Shown here: positions 19,845-29,453 of the stretch, piece after piece | How the letters are laid out: each line of letters starts with the position of its first letter | How positions within the stretch are numbered: position 1 is the stretch's first letter | DNA from: an uncultured bacterium | GTDB taxonomy: Bacteria > Patescibacteriota > Minisyncoccia > Phycocordibacterales > CAIZLB01 | Reading direction: 5' to 3' | DNA: 64,000 bases | Assembly: GCA_903864515.1 (NCBI GenBank) | Contig: CAIPFZ010000018.1 | Span: 17,290 to 81,289, forward strand | Translations under genes and position numbers: made by a program | The notes under the pieces: model-generated | Told to the model about the DNA's origin: nothing | Database searches by the model: none | The model's input: only the letters and a program-made list of their open reading frames with translations

Positions 19845-20924
19845 TTATGCAAATTTAATTTGTTTATCTTCCGGATAGTCAATTCCTAAGTGAGCATAGC
19901 CTTGTGGCGTTACCATTCTTCCCCTCGGTGTTCTTTCTATGAAACCAAGTTGAATTAAATATGGTTCACTAAATTCTTCAATTGTAGCTTCATCTTCTGA
20001 GAGAGAGGCGGAAATTGTTCCAAGTCCAACTGGCCCTCCGTCATACTTTTCTATAATTGTTGAAAGTATGGATCTGTCCATTGCTGTTAAACCCCTTCTG
20101 TCTATGGAAAGAAGAGATAGGGCTTCTTCCACAACCTCCTTATTCAATTGTTTTTTTAATACTTGAGAATAATCTCTACATCTCTTAAGTAGGTAGTTGG
20201 CAGTACGGGGAGTTGAACGGCTTCTTTTTGCAATCTCATCCACAGCTTCTTTGTTTATATCTAGATTTAAGATAGTAGCTGATCTTAAAACTATTTTCGA
20301 TATTTCCTCCTCCGTATAGAATTCTAGACGAAACACACCACCTGAAAATCTAGATCTAAGAGGGGATGAGACCATGGCTACTCTTGTTGTTGCTGAAATT
20401 AAGGTGAAAGGAGGTAGGTCTAATTGAATAGTTCTGGCTGAAGGGCCTTTTCCTATGATGATATCTATTTGGCCCGATTCCATAGCGGGGTACAGCACCT
20501 CCTCTACAGTTTTGTTTAGACGGTGGATTTCATCAATAAACAGTATGTCTCCAGGGGAAAGGTTGGTTAAAACTGAGGCAAGGTCTCCTACGCGCTCTAT
20601 AACGGGACCTGATGTGATTTTAATCTGAGAACCAGTCTCCTTTGCTATAAGGTGGGCGAGGGTTGTCTTTCCAAGGCCTGGTGGGCCATAAAACAATAAG
20701 TGCTCAGGTGGATGATTCCTACCCTTTGCTGCAGTAAGTAGTATTTTAAGATTGTTTTTAATCTGTTCTTGACCTATATATTCATCAAAATTGTTAGGCC
20801 TTAGCTCTTGATCCAGGACTTTATCCCCGGTTTTTTCCAAAACCTCGTCAGTTACAGGGTTATTTAAGGAGATATCTCCTGTGTTTATATTAAAATCTTG
20901 TGTCATTTTGTTATTTTTACACAT
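19845..20924 (-). CDS. ruvB: Holliday junction branch-migration ATPase RuvB
   Basis: Walker A GPPGLGKTTLA, RuvB AAA+ core and C-terminal winged helix. Start may be MTQDF (20906). Confidence 0.9.
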   Translation of the reverse strand: MCKNNKMTQDFNINTGDISLNNPVTDEVLEKTGDKVLDQELRPNNFDEYIGQEQIKNNLKILLTAAKGRNHPPEHLLFYGPPGLGKTTLAHLIAKETGSQIKITSGPVIERVGDLASVLTNLSPGDILFIDEIHRLNKTVEEVLYPAMESGQIDIIIGKGPSARTIQLDLPPFTLISATTRVAMVSSPLRSRFSGGVFRLEFYTEEEISKIVLRSATILNLDINKEAVDEIAKRSRSTPRTANYLLKRCRDYSQVLKKQLNKEVVEEALSLLSIDRRGLTAMDRSILSTIIEKYDGGPVGLGTISASLSEDEATIEEFSEPYLIQLGFIERTPRGRMVTPQGYAHLGIDYPEDKQIKFA

Positions 20925-20953
20925 TTTAACTCTTAATCAGTATAATAACCGCT

Positions 20954-21045
20954 TGACATAAAAAAATAAGTATGCTACGATACTTGTGAGGGTGAAACAA
21001 GCTTGTCAGATGATATTGACATGCTAAAATAGGTTTTTGTAATAG
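20954..21045 (+). promoter_or_regulatory. two sigma70-like promoters upstream of the ncRNA candidate
   Basis: TTGACA (20954-20959) + 17 nt + TACGAT. TTGACA (21016-21021) + 17 nt + GTAATA. Both point toward 21091. Confidence 0.35.
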
Positions 21046-21090
21046 AAGTACAAAAAGGGATTTATCTTTGTGTTATTCTTTCGAATAAAA

Positions 21091-21261
21091 CAGCTCCTTA
21101 AATCTCTAAGCGATACAACCTTTGCGGGTCTATCGGTTTTTCTTAAAGGACGTTCTGGTGCGGGCTTTATGCCACGTTCCTGGTGCTATCCTTAAAGAAC
21201 TATCGGGCTTTAGGTCTTAGGACTTAAAGCATCGCTTAGAGATTTAAAGTGCTGTTTTTTT
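21091..21261 (+). ncRNA. structured ncRNA candidate with 6S RNA (SsrS)-like architecture
   Basis: A ~23-bp closing stem (CAGCUCCUUAAAUCUCUAAGCGAU ... AUCGCUUAGAGAUUUAAAGUGCUG) encloses ~120 nt with internal helices (UCUUAAAGGA/UCCUUAAAGA) and a central asymmetric region. It ends in a T7 run and has no ORF. It lies between ruvB and pilB. Confidence 0.4.
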
Positions 21262-21447
21262 ATTATCAATTTTTACTTAAATAAATTGATAAGATAACAA
21301 TACCTGCGAGGTCATTCTAAGTCAACGGAGATTTGCACAGTTTTTTGTTTTAAGATTAAATATAAAAAATGTCAAACTTTGTTGTTTTTTTGTTTATATT
21401 TTTATCTATTTGATAAATTATTTTACAATAGATATTTTGTATAAAAT

Positions 21448-23163
21448 TTATACAAGATTAGTCTCTTCCAAAACATCATCCTTTTTAAGGTCTATCACTC
21501 TCTCTAATTCATCAAATGATGTTATTCCTTGTAAAACCTTTACTACACCATCTTGTCTCATATCCAAAAAACCCTGCTTCTTGGCTACAGATTTAATTTC
21601 TCTTTCACTTGGATTTTCTCTGACTATTTTTTCAATTGACGCATCCGTTAGTATTAATTCGTGAATTCCTATTCTGTCAAAGTATCCTGTGTTGTTACAA
21701 GACTCACAACCTACCGGCATACAGATTTCAGTTGGCTTTTGAATAAACTCTTTTCCTTCCTCCATATCTTTGATTGAATCCAAAACATCATTAACCAAAT
21801 CAATTCTCTCCGTTGGTATTGGAATTCTTTTTTTACACTTTTCACACAGAACTCTAACTAGTCTTTGGGCTATAGCCGCATGAATTGCAGAGGTTAGTGT
21901 TTTTGGGTCTGCACCTAAGTCAATTAGTCTAGTAAATGTTCCAGCTGCGTTGTTGGTGTGAAGAGTTGAAAAAACGAGGTGACCAGTTAATGCGGCATTT
22001 ATTGCAGTTATTGCAGTTTCAGCGTCTCTAATTTCTCCAACCATTATAATGTCAGGGTCTTGTCTCATTGCGGATTTAAGGCCTGCTTCAAAAGTATATC
22101 CTTTAGATTCTTCAACTTGAGTTTGTACAATTCCTGGAAGGTGATATTCAACAGGGTCTTCAATTGTAATTATTTTATATTCTGGACTAGAAACTTCTCT
22201 TAAAAAGGCGTAAAGGGTTGTTGTTTTTCCAGATCCTGTTGGTCCGGTTGTTAAAATAAGGCCATTTGGTCTAGCTATTTCCTTCCTTATTGCTTCAAGG
22301 AAGCGTTTTGACATACCAAGCTTATCCATTGTAACCATTATGGACTCTGGGTTAAGAATACGCATAACAACAGACTCTCCATATGATCCTGGAATTGTTG
22401 ATGTTCTTATTTCAATATCTGTGTTCTTTACTTTTACTGTAAATCTACCATCTTGAGCGTTTGATTTAATGTTTAACTTAAGTCCAGATAATAATTTGAT
22501 ACGGGAAAGTGTTAATTCATAAGTCTCTTTATCAAATTCAGAGACGGTTGTTAAGACACCATCAATTCTGTATCGCAGTCTTGCTTTTAATTCACCAACT
22601 TCAATGTGAACGTCAGAAGATTTTGTAGAGAGTGCCCCCGCCATAACAATTGAAAGCATTTTTGATACTCGGTGGGTTTTCTTCATTTCCAAAGCTTCTT
22701 TTATCCATAGAGCAATATCCTCAAGGTTTTTTGTTCTTTGAACAAGGTCCTCAATCTCTTCGTTTGAAATATCCAACGAACCCGCCTCTGTTTCAGAAGC
22801 AAAGGAAATATCCTTATATCTCTCCCAAGCTTTTTCTAGGCTGTGAATTGATGCAATAAAAAGAGTGGGCCTGTATCCATTTCTCTCTAGGGTGTCTAAA
22901 ACATCCTTAGTTTCAGGGCTTTCTGGTGAATGAACTGCAATGGATATCTTTGTTCCAACTATATCAAATATTGCAACCTTGCTTTCTTTGGCTGTTTTCT
23001 CTTCTATAAGTTTAAGTCCATCTGAATTAATGGATACTGTAGTTAGGTCAATGTAAGATATATTGTACTTTTCCGCTAGAATTTGCATTGAAGCCTCTTC
23101 TTCATCAAGAAGAAGTTTTTTCATTCTTGCGTTTTGTTTGTCTTCGTCAAAGTGGATGGTCAT
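21448..23163 (-). CDS. pilB: type IV pilus assembly / type II secretion ATPase (PilB/GspE family)
   Basis: Walker A GPTGSGKTTTLYAF, Asp/His boxes, tetracysteine motif (CEKCKK...CESCNNTGY), N-terminal GSPII_E_N-like domain. Confidence 0.85.
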   Translation of the reverse strand: MTIHFDEDKQNARMKKLLLDEEEASMQILAEKYNISYIDLTTVSINSDGLKLIEEKTAKESKVAIFDIVGTKISIAVHSPESPETKDVLDTLERNGYRPTLFIASIHSLEKAWERYKDISFASETEAGSLDISNEEIEDLVQRTKNLEDIALWIKEALEMKKTHRVSKMLSIVMAGALSTKSSDVHIEVGELKARLRYRIDGVLTTVSEFDKETYELTLSRIKLLSGLKLNIKSNAQDGRFTVKVKNTDIEIRTSTIPGSYGESVVMRILNPESIMVTMDKLGMSKRFLEAIRKEIARPNGLILTTGPTGSGKTTTLYAFLREVSSPEYKIITIEDPVEYHLPGIVQTQVEESKGYTFEAGLKSAMRQDPDIIMVGEIRDAETAITAINAALTGHLVFSTLHTNNAAGTFTRLIDLGADPKTLTSAIHAAIAQRLVRVLCEKCKKRIPIPTERIDLVNDVLDSIKDMEEGKEFIQKPTEICMPVGCESCNNTGYFDRIGIHELILTDASIEKIVRENPSEREIKSVAKKQGFLDMRQDGVVKVLQGITSFDELERVIDLKKDDVLEETNLV

Positions 23164-23210
23164 GATGATATTTTATACTGTTTTTGGAGAATGCGCCATA
23201 AATAATTAAA

Positions 23211-23239
23211 TTGACGAACTACATTGATGGGGATACAAT
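23211..23239 (+). promoter_or_regulatory. sigma70-like promoter for the proline-rich protein gene
   Basis: TTGACG + 17-nt spacer + TACAAT, about 30 nt upstream of ATG 23269. Confidence 0.4.
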
Positions 23240-23268
23240 TAGTGTATTGTTAAAATAATATAAATATA

Positions 23269-25833
23269 ATGAACGAAAATCCTCCACAACCAACATCATC
23301 AGAAAGTCAAACAGGTGACAACATAAAACGCAGGGGAGTTTTAAGTGAGGTGTTAGAGAAGGTGAATGACAAGGATTCTAATAATTACGATTCTGTTTCA
23401 GCTTCAGGTGTTGGGGGTGAAGAAGAAGATTATATAAAGACTGAACACACCTATGATCAACATGGTGAGGTTGGTTTAAAAAAAGGAAGTATATCAAAAA
23501 CAGGAAATACAGACCCCGGTTTTGGATTGGTCCCTGGTGAATATTTATCAAAGCAAAATTCCTCTCTCAGTCTTGAAGGAAGTCATGATTTTTCTGACCC
23601 AAATGATTCTATGCAGGATGTTGACAGTTGGACTAGAAGCTCAAGGGCTTCTGATAGATATCAAGGACAGAAGGATGGTCTATCAAACTTGAGGCATGAA
23701 ATGAATCCAGAAGAAGATGAGCCTGAGGATATATATATGGATCCAAAAAATGTTTATGATCTAAAAGGAAGGAGAGTTGGAGGGAAGTTTAATACAGCTC
23801 CGCTTGATAATGAAAGTGAAGGTGAAGGATTGTTGTCAAAGGATCATGAGGGTGATGGCGTAGAACCAGGAAGTGTCAGTGTAAAGACTGAACAAAAAAT
23901 TGATGAAACACAAGAAACTTTGGCAGATACCCCACTTCCAGTTGAGGAAAAGGAGCCTGCAAAACCTAAAAAGACAAAATCACCAGAACCAGTAATTCCT
24001 CCAGAGGAACCCCCACTTCCACCAATGCCACCTTCAACACCAGAACCAAGGGTATTTCCAGAGACGCCAGAGTCTTCAGTAGCACCAGAACCACCAAGAC
24101 CACCAGAACCTCCTGTACCACCAATGCCGCCTTCATTTCCAGAGCGGGGTGATTTAACTCCACCACCACCATTCCCACAAGGAGGGTCTACCCCTCCACC
24201 TCTTCCAGAGGTTGCTCCAATGCCCGAAAGAACTCCTATGATTCCTCCATCTCTACCAAGAAATCCTGGAGCTACACCACCTCCACTTCCAAGACCTGAA
24301 GTGTCTATGCCTGAAAGAATTCCCATGAATCCTCCAGTTATTCCTGGTCCTGAAAATCCTATTCCAAATTCTAACGTACCAGAAAATGATAATTCTTTAC
24401 TAGGTAAAATCAACAGGGAAAACAGACTTACAATAGAGGCTGGTAATTCCATGGATCTAGGAAGTGAGATTGGTTGGCTCAGAAGTGCTTTTAATAAGTT
24501 GAGTATAAAAATGGGTTGGACTAAGGATATCGTTAATTATGTAAAATTAAATACAATAGACAAGGCCAGTATGGTCTTTGATACTTACGGAAATGACAGT
24601 CTGATTATAAGAAAAAAGAGAGAAATTGCTCGTCTTGATGCTGTAATACAAAGGGAAACTGATAACCCTACGGGTGAAAGAATGGCAAGAGAGAATGCTA
24701 ACAAAATAGAAGAGTCTATTAGAGAGGCTGAGGCTCGCGGGGATCAAAATATGGTAAGAGCTCTAATACTGGCAAAAAATGATGTTGTTGAAAACGGGGT
24801 AAACAGAAGAGGTCATCTCCAAGCAGAAAGAAACGCTTTGAATGAACAACTTGCAAGATATAATGAAAGAAAGATTTCAATAGTTGATAACTTTATTGCA
24901 AGTACTGAAATACAGACAGAAAGAATTAGAACAGCAGACAGATATCATGAAAATATTGCCAACTTAAGAACTATAAACACGGAGACAAATAGAATGTTAA
25001 GTGTCATAGCTGAAACAGATAGTCAAATAATAAGTTTGAAAAAGGCATTAGCTTCAACAAGAGATAGGGTAGATAAAGCTGAAATTAATGATGCTATCAG
25101 AGCATATGAATCACTCGCAAAACAAAGTAAGTTTAAGCTTAGTCAGTATGAATCCATTGGACATAGACTCGGTAGCTTTATAGAACTTACAGACAAGAGA
25201 ACAAAAAGATTCGATGATGTAAGAGACAGGTATGTAGGAGAAAGGAATATTTCACAAACTAATATTAATAATGGTGGTGTAACAAGAGCGTTCGTGCCAG
25301 CAAGTCCAGCGGGGCCAGCTAGACCTGCACCTACACCTGCGCCAGTCTCTCCTGCTACAAGAACGGGCCCAGCTGCACCTAGACCAACTCCTCCAGCGCC
25401 TGCGTCTCCAACACCAAGGTCTACCCTCGAGCCAACACCTACACCTTCAGCACCAGAATCAACAACCCCAGAACCTGAGCCGACACCCGATGTTGTAGAA
25501 AACCCAGAGTTGAAAAAAAGACGAACAGATAAAATCAAGGTTATAAATGATGCAGCAGAGAGGTTCCGTACGGCTTTTAGGAGTGAAAATAAGTCTGATG
25601 CAGCTGATCTTTCAACAATTCAAATGGCTAAAAATTTAGTTCCCGCATTGCGTGGATTCTTGAAGGACGGAGACTTTACTCAAGATGAAATTGAATTGTT
25701 TAAAAAAGCTGGAGAAAATATTGTTAATTTTATAGCTCAGACTGAAAAAGACGGCAATATTATTACAAACGACAATAGACAGTTTATGAAAATGGGAGGC
25801 AAGGTTTTTAAACAAATAAAAGAAATACAATAA
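23269..25833 (+). CDS. large proline-rich repeat / coiled-coil protein
   Basis: 854 aa. Acidic N-terminal region. Degenerate proline-rich repeats (TPPPLPxxxxMPERxPMxPP) also visible as ~84-bp DNA repeats around 24017-24340. Central coiled-coil-like region. Second PAPTP-rich stretch. Divergent from pilB. Confidence 0.5.
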   Translation: MNENPPQPTSSESQTGDNIKRRGVLSEVLEKVNDKDSNNYDSVSASGVGGEEEDYIKTEHTYDQHGEVGLKKGSISKTGNTDPGFGLVPGEYLSKQNSSLSLEGSHDFSDPNDSMQDVDSWTRSSRASDRYQGQKDGLSNLRHEMNPEEDEPEDIYMDPKNVYDLKGRRVGGKFNTAPLDNESEGEGLLSKDHEGDGVEPGSVSVKTEQKIDETQETLADTPLPVEEKEPAKPKKTKSPEPVIPPEEPPLPPMPPSTPEPRVFPETPESSVAPEPPRPPEPPVPPMPPSFPERGDLTPPPPFPQGGSTPPPLPEVAPMPERTPMIPPSLPRNPGATPPPLPRPEVSMPERIPMNPPVIPGPENPIPNSNVPENDNSLLGKINRENRLTIEAGNSMDLGSEIGWLRSAFNKLSIKMGWTKDIVNYVKLNTIDKASMVFDTYGNDSLIIRKKREIARLDAVIQRETDNPTGERMARENANKIEESIREAEARGDQNMVRALILAKNDVVENGVNRRGHLQAERNALNEQLARYNERKISIVDNFIASTEIQTERIRTADRYHENIANLRTINTETNRMLSVIAETDSQIISLKKALASTRDRVDKAEINDAIRAYESLAKQSKFKLSQYESIGHRLGSFIELTDKRTKRFDDVRDRYVGERNISQTNINNGGVTRAFVPASPAGPARPAPTPAPVSPATRTGPAAPRPTPPAPASPTPRSTLEPTPTPSAPESTTPEPEPTPDVVENPELKKRRTDKIKVINDAAERFRTAFRSENKSDAADLSTIQMAKNLVPALRGFLKDGDFTQDEIELFKKAGENIVNFIAQTEKDGNIITNDNRQFMKMGGKVFKQIKEIQ

Positions 25834-25837
25834 AAAA

Positions 25838-26152
25838 ATGAATTCAACACTCAACAACAATTCAAATCCGCTAACAGCTGATGAAATAAGTAAGCTTCAC
25901 GGGGAAGAACTTAAGCAGGCTTTGGCTCAAAAACTACAAGGATACAAAGATGGTATTGCAGAGATTGATGCTTCACTTAAGGATATTTGCGAAAAAGTGG
26001 AAGCTATGCCAGATGTTGATAAGGCTAAAGCAAAAGCAGAAGATGATGCAGCGATAGCTGAAATTGAGAAACAATTGGATACTGATTTAAATGATGCAAT
26101 TCTTGAACTTGGTACCTCAGATGAGATTTTGAGCGATATTAAAGAAGAATAA
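25838..26152 (+). CDS. small acidic helical protein
   Basis: 104 aa, starts 5 nt after the previous stop. Followed by a terminator hairpin (about 26187-26219). Confidence 0.4.
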   Translation: MNSTLNNNSNPLTADEISKLHGEELKQALAQKLQGYKDGIAEIDASLKDICEKVEAMPDVDKAKAKAEDDAAIAEIEKQLDTDLNDAILELGTSDEILSDIKEE

Positions 26153-26268
26153 CTTTCATTCTCAGTCAGGTACAATATGTCTATTGCAAAACAAGGCCTA
26201 AAAACCTTGTTTTGTTTTTGTTAAATAAAGTATATAATACGAATATTATCTAAATTCAGAAAATATCA

Positions 26269-26811
26269 ATGTATAAGAAAACATCATACTCCCTTGAAGA
26301 TACTAAAAAATTTGCAGAGTTTGTTTTAGATCAGGTTCTAAAAGAAAGAAAAGAAAAGATGAATTCAGAAGAGTCTTTGTTGGCCTTGGTTCTAGTACTA
26401 AAAGGAGATCTTGGTTCTGGAAAAACAGCGTTCACAAAATTTATAGGAGAATTATTGGGTGTTTCAGAGGAAGTAACTAGTCCAACGTTTTCTATAGAAA
26501 AAAGATATAAAACATCAATTGAAAACAGGGAGAAGTTTGGAATTGAAACTTTGATTCACATAGATGCGTTTAGATTGGAATCAGGGAATGAAATATTAGC
26601 TATCGATTTTGAAGAAACTCTAAAAGACCCAAAAAACCTAATCTGCTTTGAGTGGCCAGAAATGGTTTCTGATATCGGTATTCTCCCACAAGATGCGCCT
26701 ATTATTGAGTTTGAATTTGTCGATGAAAACACAAGAAACATGTTTTTTAGTCCATCCATAAACACAGTGGAATTGATAGATAGGGATAGTACAACTGAGG
26801 TTGAGGAATAA
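26269..26811 (+). CDS. tsaE: tRNA threonylcarbamoyladenosine biosynthesis protein TsaE-like (P-loop)
   Basis: LKGDLGSGKTAFTKFIGELLGVSEEVTSPTFSI matches the TsaE/YjeE P-loop and SPTF motif. C-terminal extension. Confidence 0.65.
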   Translation: MYKKTSYSLEDTKKFAEFVLDQVLKERKEKMNSEESLLALVLVLKGDLGSGKTAFTKFIGELLGVSEEVTSPTFSIEKRYKTSIENREKFGIETLIHIDAFRLESGNEILAIDFEETLKDPKNLICFEWPEMVSDIGILPQDAPIIEFEFVDENTRNMFFSPSINTVELIDRDSTTEVEE

Positions 26812-26860
26812 TAAATCAACACTTAAATTAGGTTTGTATAAGGTTCAACCCTCACTCTAA

Positions 26861-29404
26861 ATGGGGTATAATGTGTTTGAAGTGAAAAAAACACCAACAA
26901 AAGATAATGGTATAAGAGAAGATAAAAAGAGTACGTCTAAAAAAGAAGTAATAAATAAAACTTTAGTACTATTGGACTCTCACGCAATAATTCACAGGGG
27001 ATACCACGCCCTGCCTGATTTTGCTACATCCAAGGGTGTACCAACAGGAGCAATTTATGGGCTCTCCTCTATGCTCATTGGAATAATTGAAAAATTTAAT
27101 CCAGATTATATTGTCGCTTGTTATGATCTCCCTCAACCAACATATAGACATGAAGCTTATAAGGATTATAAAGCTGGAAGAAAAAAGAGTGATGATGAGT
27201 TGGTAGATCAATTAAAGTCATCTAGAAAGATATTTGAGAATTTTAACATTCCAATGTTTGATAAACCTGGGTTTGAAGCAGATGATATGCTCGGAACTAT
27301 TGTGGAGCAGACAAAAGATATTAAGGGCTTGAAGGTTATTATTGCATCTGGAGATATGGATACATTGCAGCTTGTTCGCGATAAAGAAGTTCAAGTCTTT
27401 ACTCTAAAAAAAGGAATAAAGGACACTGTTACATACGATGAAGATGCTGTTGTGGAGCGTTTTGGCTTTCATCCAGAATTTCTTCCGGATTATAAAGGTT
27501 TGCGAGGTGATACATCGGATAATATTATTGGAATCTCTGGAATTGGTGAAAAAACAGCAACAACTTTGATTTCTCACTTTCATACAATAGAAAAAATATA
27601 TGAGACTCTAAAAAAGGAGGGTGGTCCAAATGAAATTAAAAAACTTGGAATTACAGATAGAATTATTGACTTACTTGAAAAGGGTGAAGATGAAGCTGTG
27701 TTTAGCAAAATGCTTGCAACAATAAGAAGAGATGCTCCAATCAATTTTGAGCTTCCTGATAAAACATGGAAAGATTCTTTTGATATAAATAAAGCTGAGC
27801 AAATTTTTGATGAATTTGAATTTAGAACCCTTGGTAATAGATTAAAAAATATTATGGGTAGGAATGGGGTTGATATATCTAACTCAAATTCTGGTTCAGG
27901 AGGATTGTTTGGAGAGGAAAAAGGTGGGGGTACGGTTGTTGTTGAGAGCCACAGCGAACCAGAGGAAAATATTACAGAGGAACAGAAAACAAAAGTTTGT
28001 ATTGCTCTTTGGGTCTTAAATTCCAGTTTAACAAACCCAACATATGAAGATGTTCTAAAATACACAAAATCCAAAAAATATGAACAAATAGAGAAATATC
28101 TTTTAGGTGAAATTGAAAAGCAAGGTTTGAGTAGGGTTTTAAAGGAAATTGAATGGCCTCTTGTTCCAGTTGTTTCCAAGATGGAAGAGGACGGAATATT
28201 GCTTGATAAAAAATATTTAAAGAAGTTATCAGAAGACTATCACAAAGAATTAAGTAGATTAGAATCTGAGATTTGGAAAATGGCCGGTAGAGAATTTAAT
28301 GTCGATTCACCAAAACAATTGGGTGTTGTTATTTTTGATGAAATGAATCTCGGGGAAGGAATGGGTTCGAAGCGTCTTAAAAAAACAGCAGGAGGTGCAC
28401 GTTCCACAAAGGAATCGGAATTAGAAAAGCTTAAGGGGGTTCATCCAATAATTGATAAAATATTAGAATATAGAGAATTAGCAAAGCTTCTTTCAACATA
28501 CATTGATCCATTACCACTCCTCACTGATTCAAAAGATAGATTGCACGCAAAGTTTTTACAGGCCGGTACAACAACAGGTAGGATGTCGTCTCAAAATCCG
28601 AATATTCAAAATATTCCAACTAAAACAGATTTGGGAAGAAAGGTTAGAGGTGGATTTATTGCAGAAAAGGGTTCTGTGTTGTTGTCTTTTGATTATTCTC
28701 AGATTGAACTTAGAATTGCTGCAATAATGTCCGGTGATGAAAATCTAATAGAAATATTTAAAAAAGGAGAAGATGTTCATACAGGGGTTGCGTCAAGGGT
28801 TTTTGGAGTAAAAGAAAGCGAGGTTACAAAAGACATGAGAAGACAAGCTAAGGTTATTAACTTTGGAATTCTTTATGGAATGGGGGTTAATGCTCTTAAG
28901 ACCAATCTTGGAAGTACAAAAGATGAAGCCCAAACATTTTATAATGAATACTTTAAAACATTTAGTAGTGTTGCAGAATTTCTAGAGGAAACTAAAAGAT
29001 TTGCTGAACAAAATGGTTATACAGAGACTCTGTTTGGCCGTAGAAGATACTTTGAAGGTATTAGGTCTAAACTACCATTCATTAGAGCTGCCGCTGAGCG
29101 TATGGCTATTAACGCCCCAATACAGGGAGGTGAGGCGGATATAATAAAGATTAGTATGAGAAAAATTTATGATTATATAAATGATTCAAAAAATAAAGAG
29201 GTTTATGGTAGGGTTAAGATGCTTTTGCAAGTTCATGACGAATTGGTGTTTGAAGTTGAAGATAATAAAGAGTTTATAAAGAAAATATCTAAAAAAATTC
29301 AAGATATTATGCAGGATATCTTGACTGATGAGCAGTCAAAGGGGGTGCCAATTGTAACATCGTCAAATATTGGATTAAATTGGGGAGAAATGGAGGCTCA
29401 ATAA
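26861..29404 (+). CDS. polA: DNA polymerase I
   Basis: 5'-3' exonuclease/FEN domain at the N-terminus. Family A polymerase motifs: motif A (LLSFDYSQIELRI), motif B (RRQAKVINFGILYGMG), motif C (LQVHDELVFE). Confidence 0.9.
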   Translation: MGYNVFEVKKTPTKDNGIREDKKSTSKKEVINKTLVLLDSHAIIHRGYHALPDFATSKGVPTGAIYGLSSMLIGIIEKFNPDYIVACYDLPQPTYRHEAYKDYKAGRKKSDDELVDQLKSSRKIFENFNIPMFDKPGFEADDMLGTIVEQTKDIKGLKVIIASGDMDTLQLVRDKEVQVFTLKKGIKDTVTYDEDAVVERFGFHPEFLPDYKGLRGDTSDNIIGISGIGEKTATTLISHFHTIEKIYETLKKEGGPNEIKKLGITDRIIDLLEKGEDEAVFSKMLATIRRDAPINFELPDKTWKDSFDINKAEQIFDEFEFRTLGNRLKNIMGRNGVDISNSNSGSGGLFGEEKGGGTVVVESHSEPEENITEEQKTKVCIALWVLNSSLTNPTYEDVLKYTKSKKYEQIEKYLLGEIEKQGLSRVLKEIEWPLVPVVSKMEEDGILLDKKYLKKLSEDYHKELSRLESEIWKMAGREFNVDSPKQLGVVIFDEMNLGEGMGSKRLKKTAGGARSTKESELEKLKGVHPIIDKILEYRELAKLLSTYIDPLPLLTDSKDRLHAKFLQAGTTTGRMSSQNPNIQNIPTKTDLGRKVRGGFIAEKGSVLLSFDYSQIELRIAAIMSGDENLIEIFKKGEDVHTGVASRVFGVKESEVTKDMRRQAKVINFGILYGMGVNALKTNLGSTKDEAQTFYNEYFKTFSSVAEFLEETKRFAEQNGYTETLFGRRRYFEGIRSKLPFIRAAAERMAINAPIQGGEADIIKISMRKIYDYINDSKNKEVYGRVKMLLQVHDELVFEVEDNKEFIKKISKKIQDIMQDILTDEQSKGVPIVTSSNIGLNWGEMEAQ

Positions 29405-29453
29405 ATAAACAGACTGAAAACTGAATATATAATATAAAATAAATAAAAACAAA

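Noticed and set aside
23844-25538. Minus-strand ORFs 23844..24452, 23966..24178, 25143..25538 (Gly/Ser/Val-rich)
   Set aside because: Reverse-complement artefacts of the proline-rich coding repeats on the plus strand (CCN codons read as GGN on the other strand).
27580-28179. 199-aa minus-strand ORF inside polA, and similar antisense ORFs inside dnaA, PBP1A, pilB, argS and others
   Set aside because: They are embedded antisense within strongly supported genes, with AT-rich low-complexity translations.
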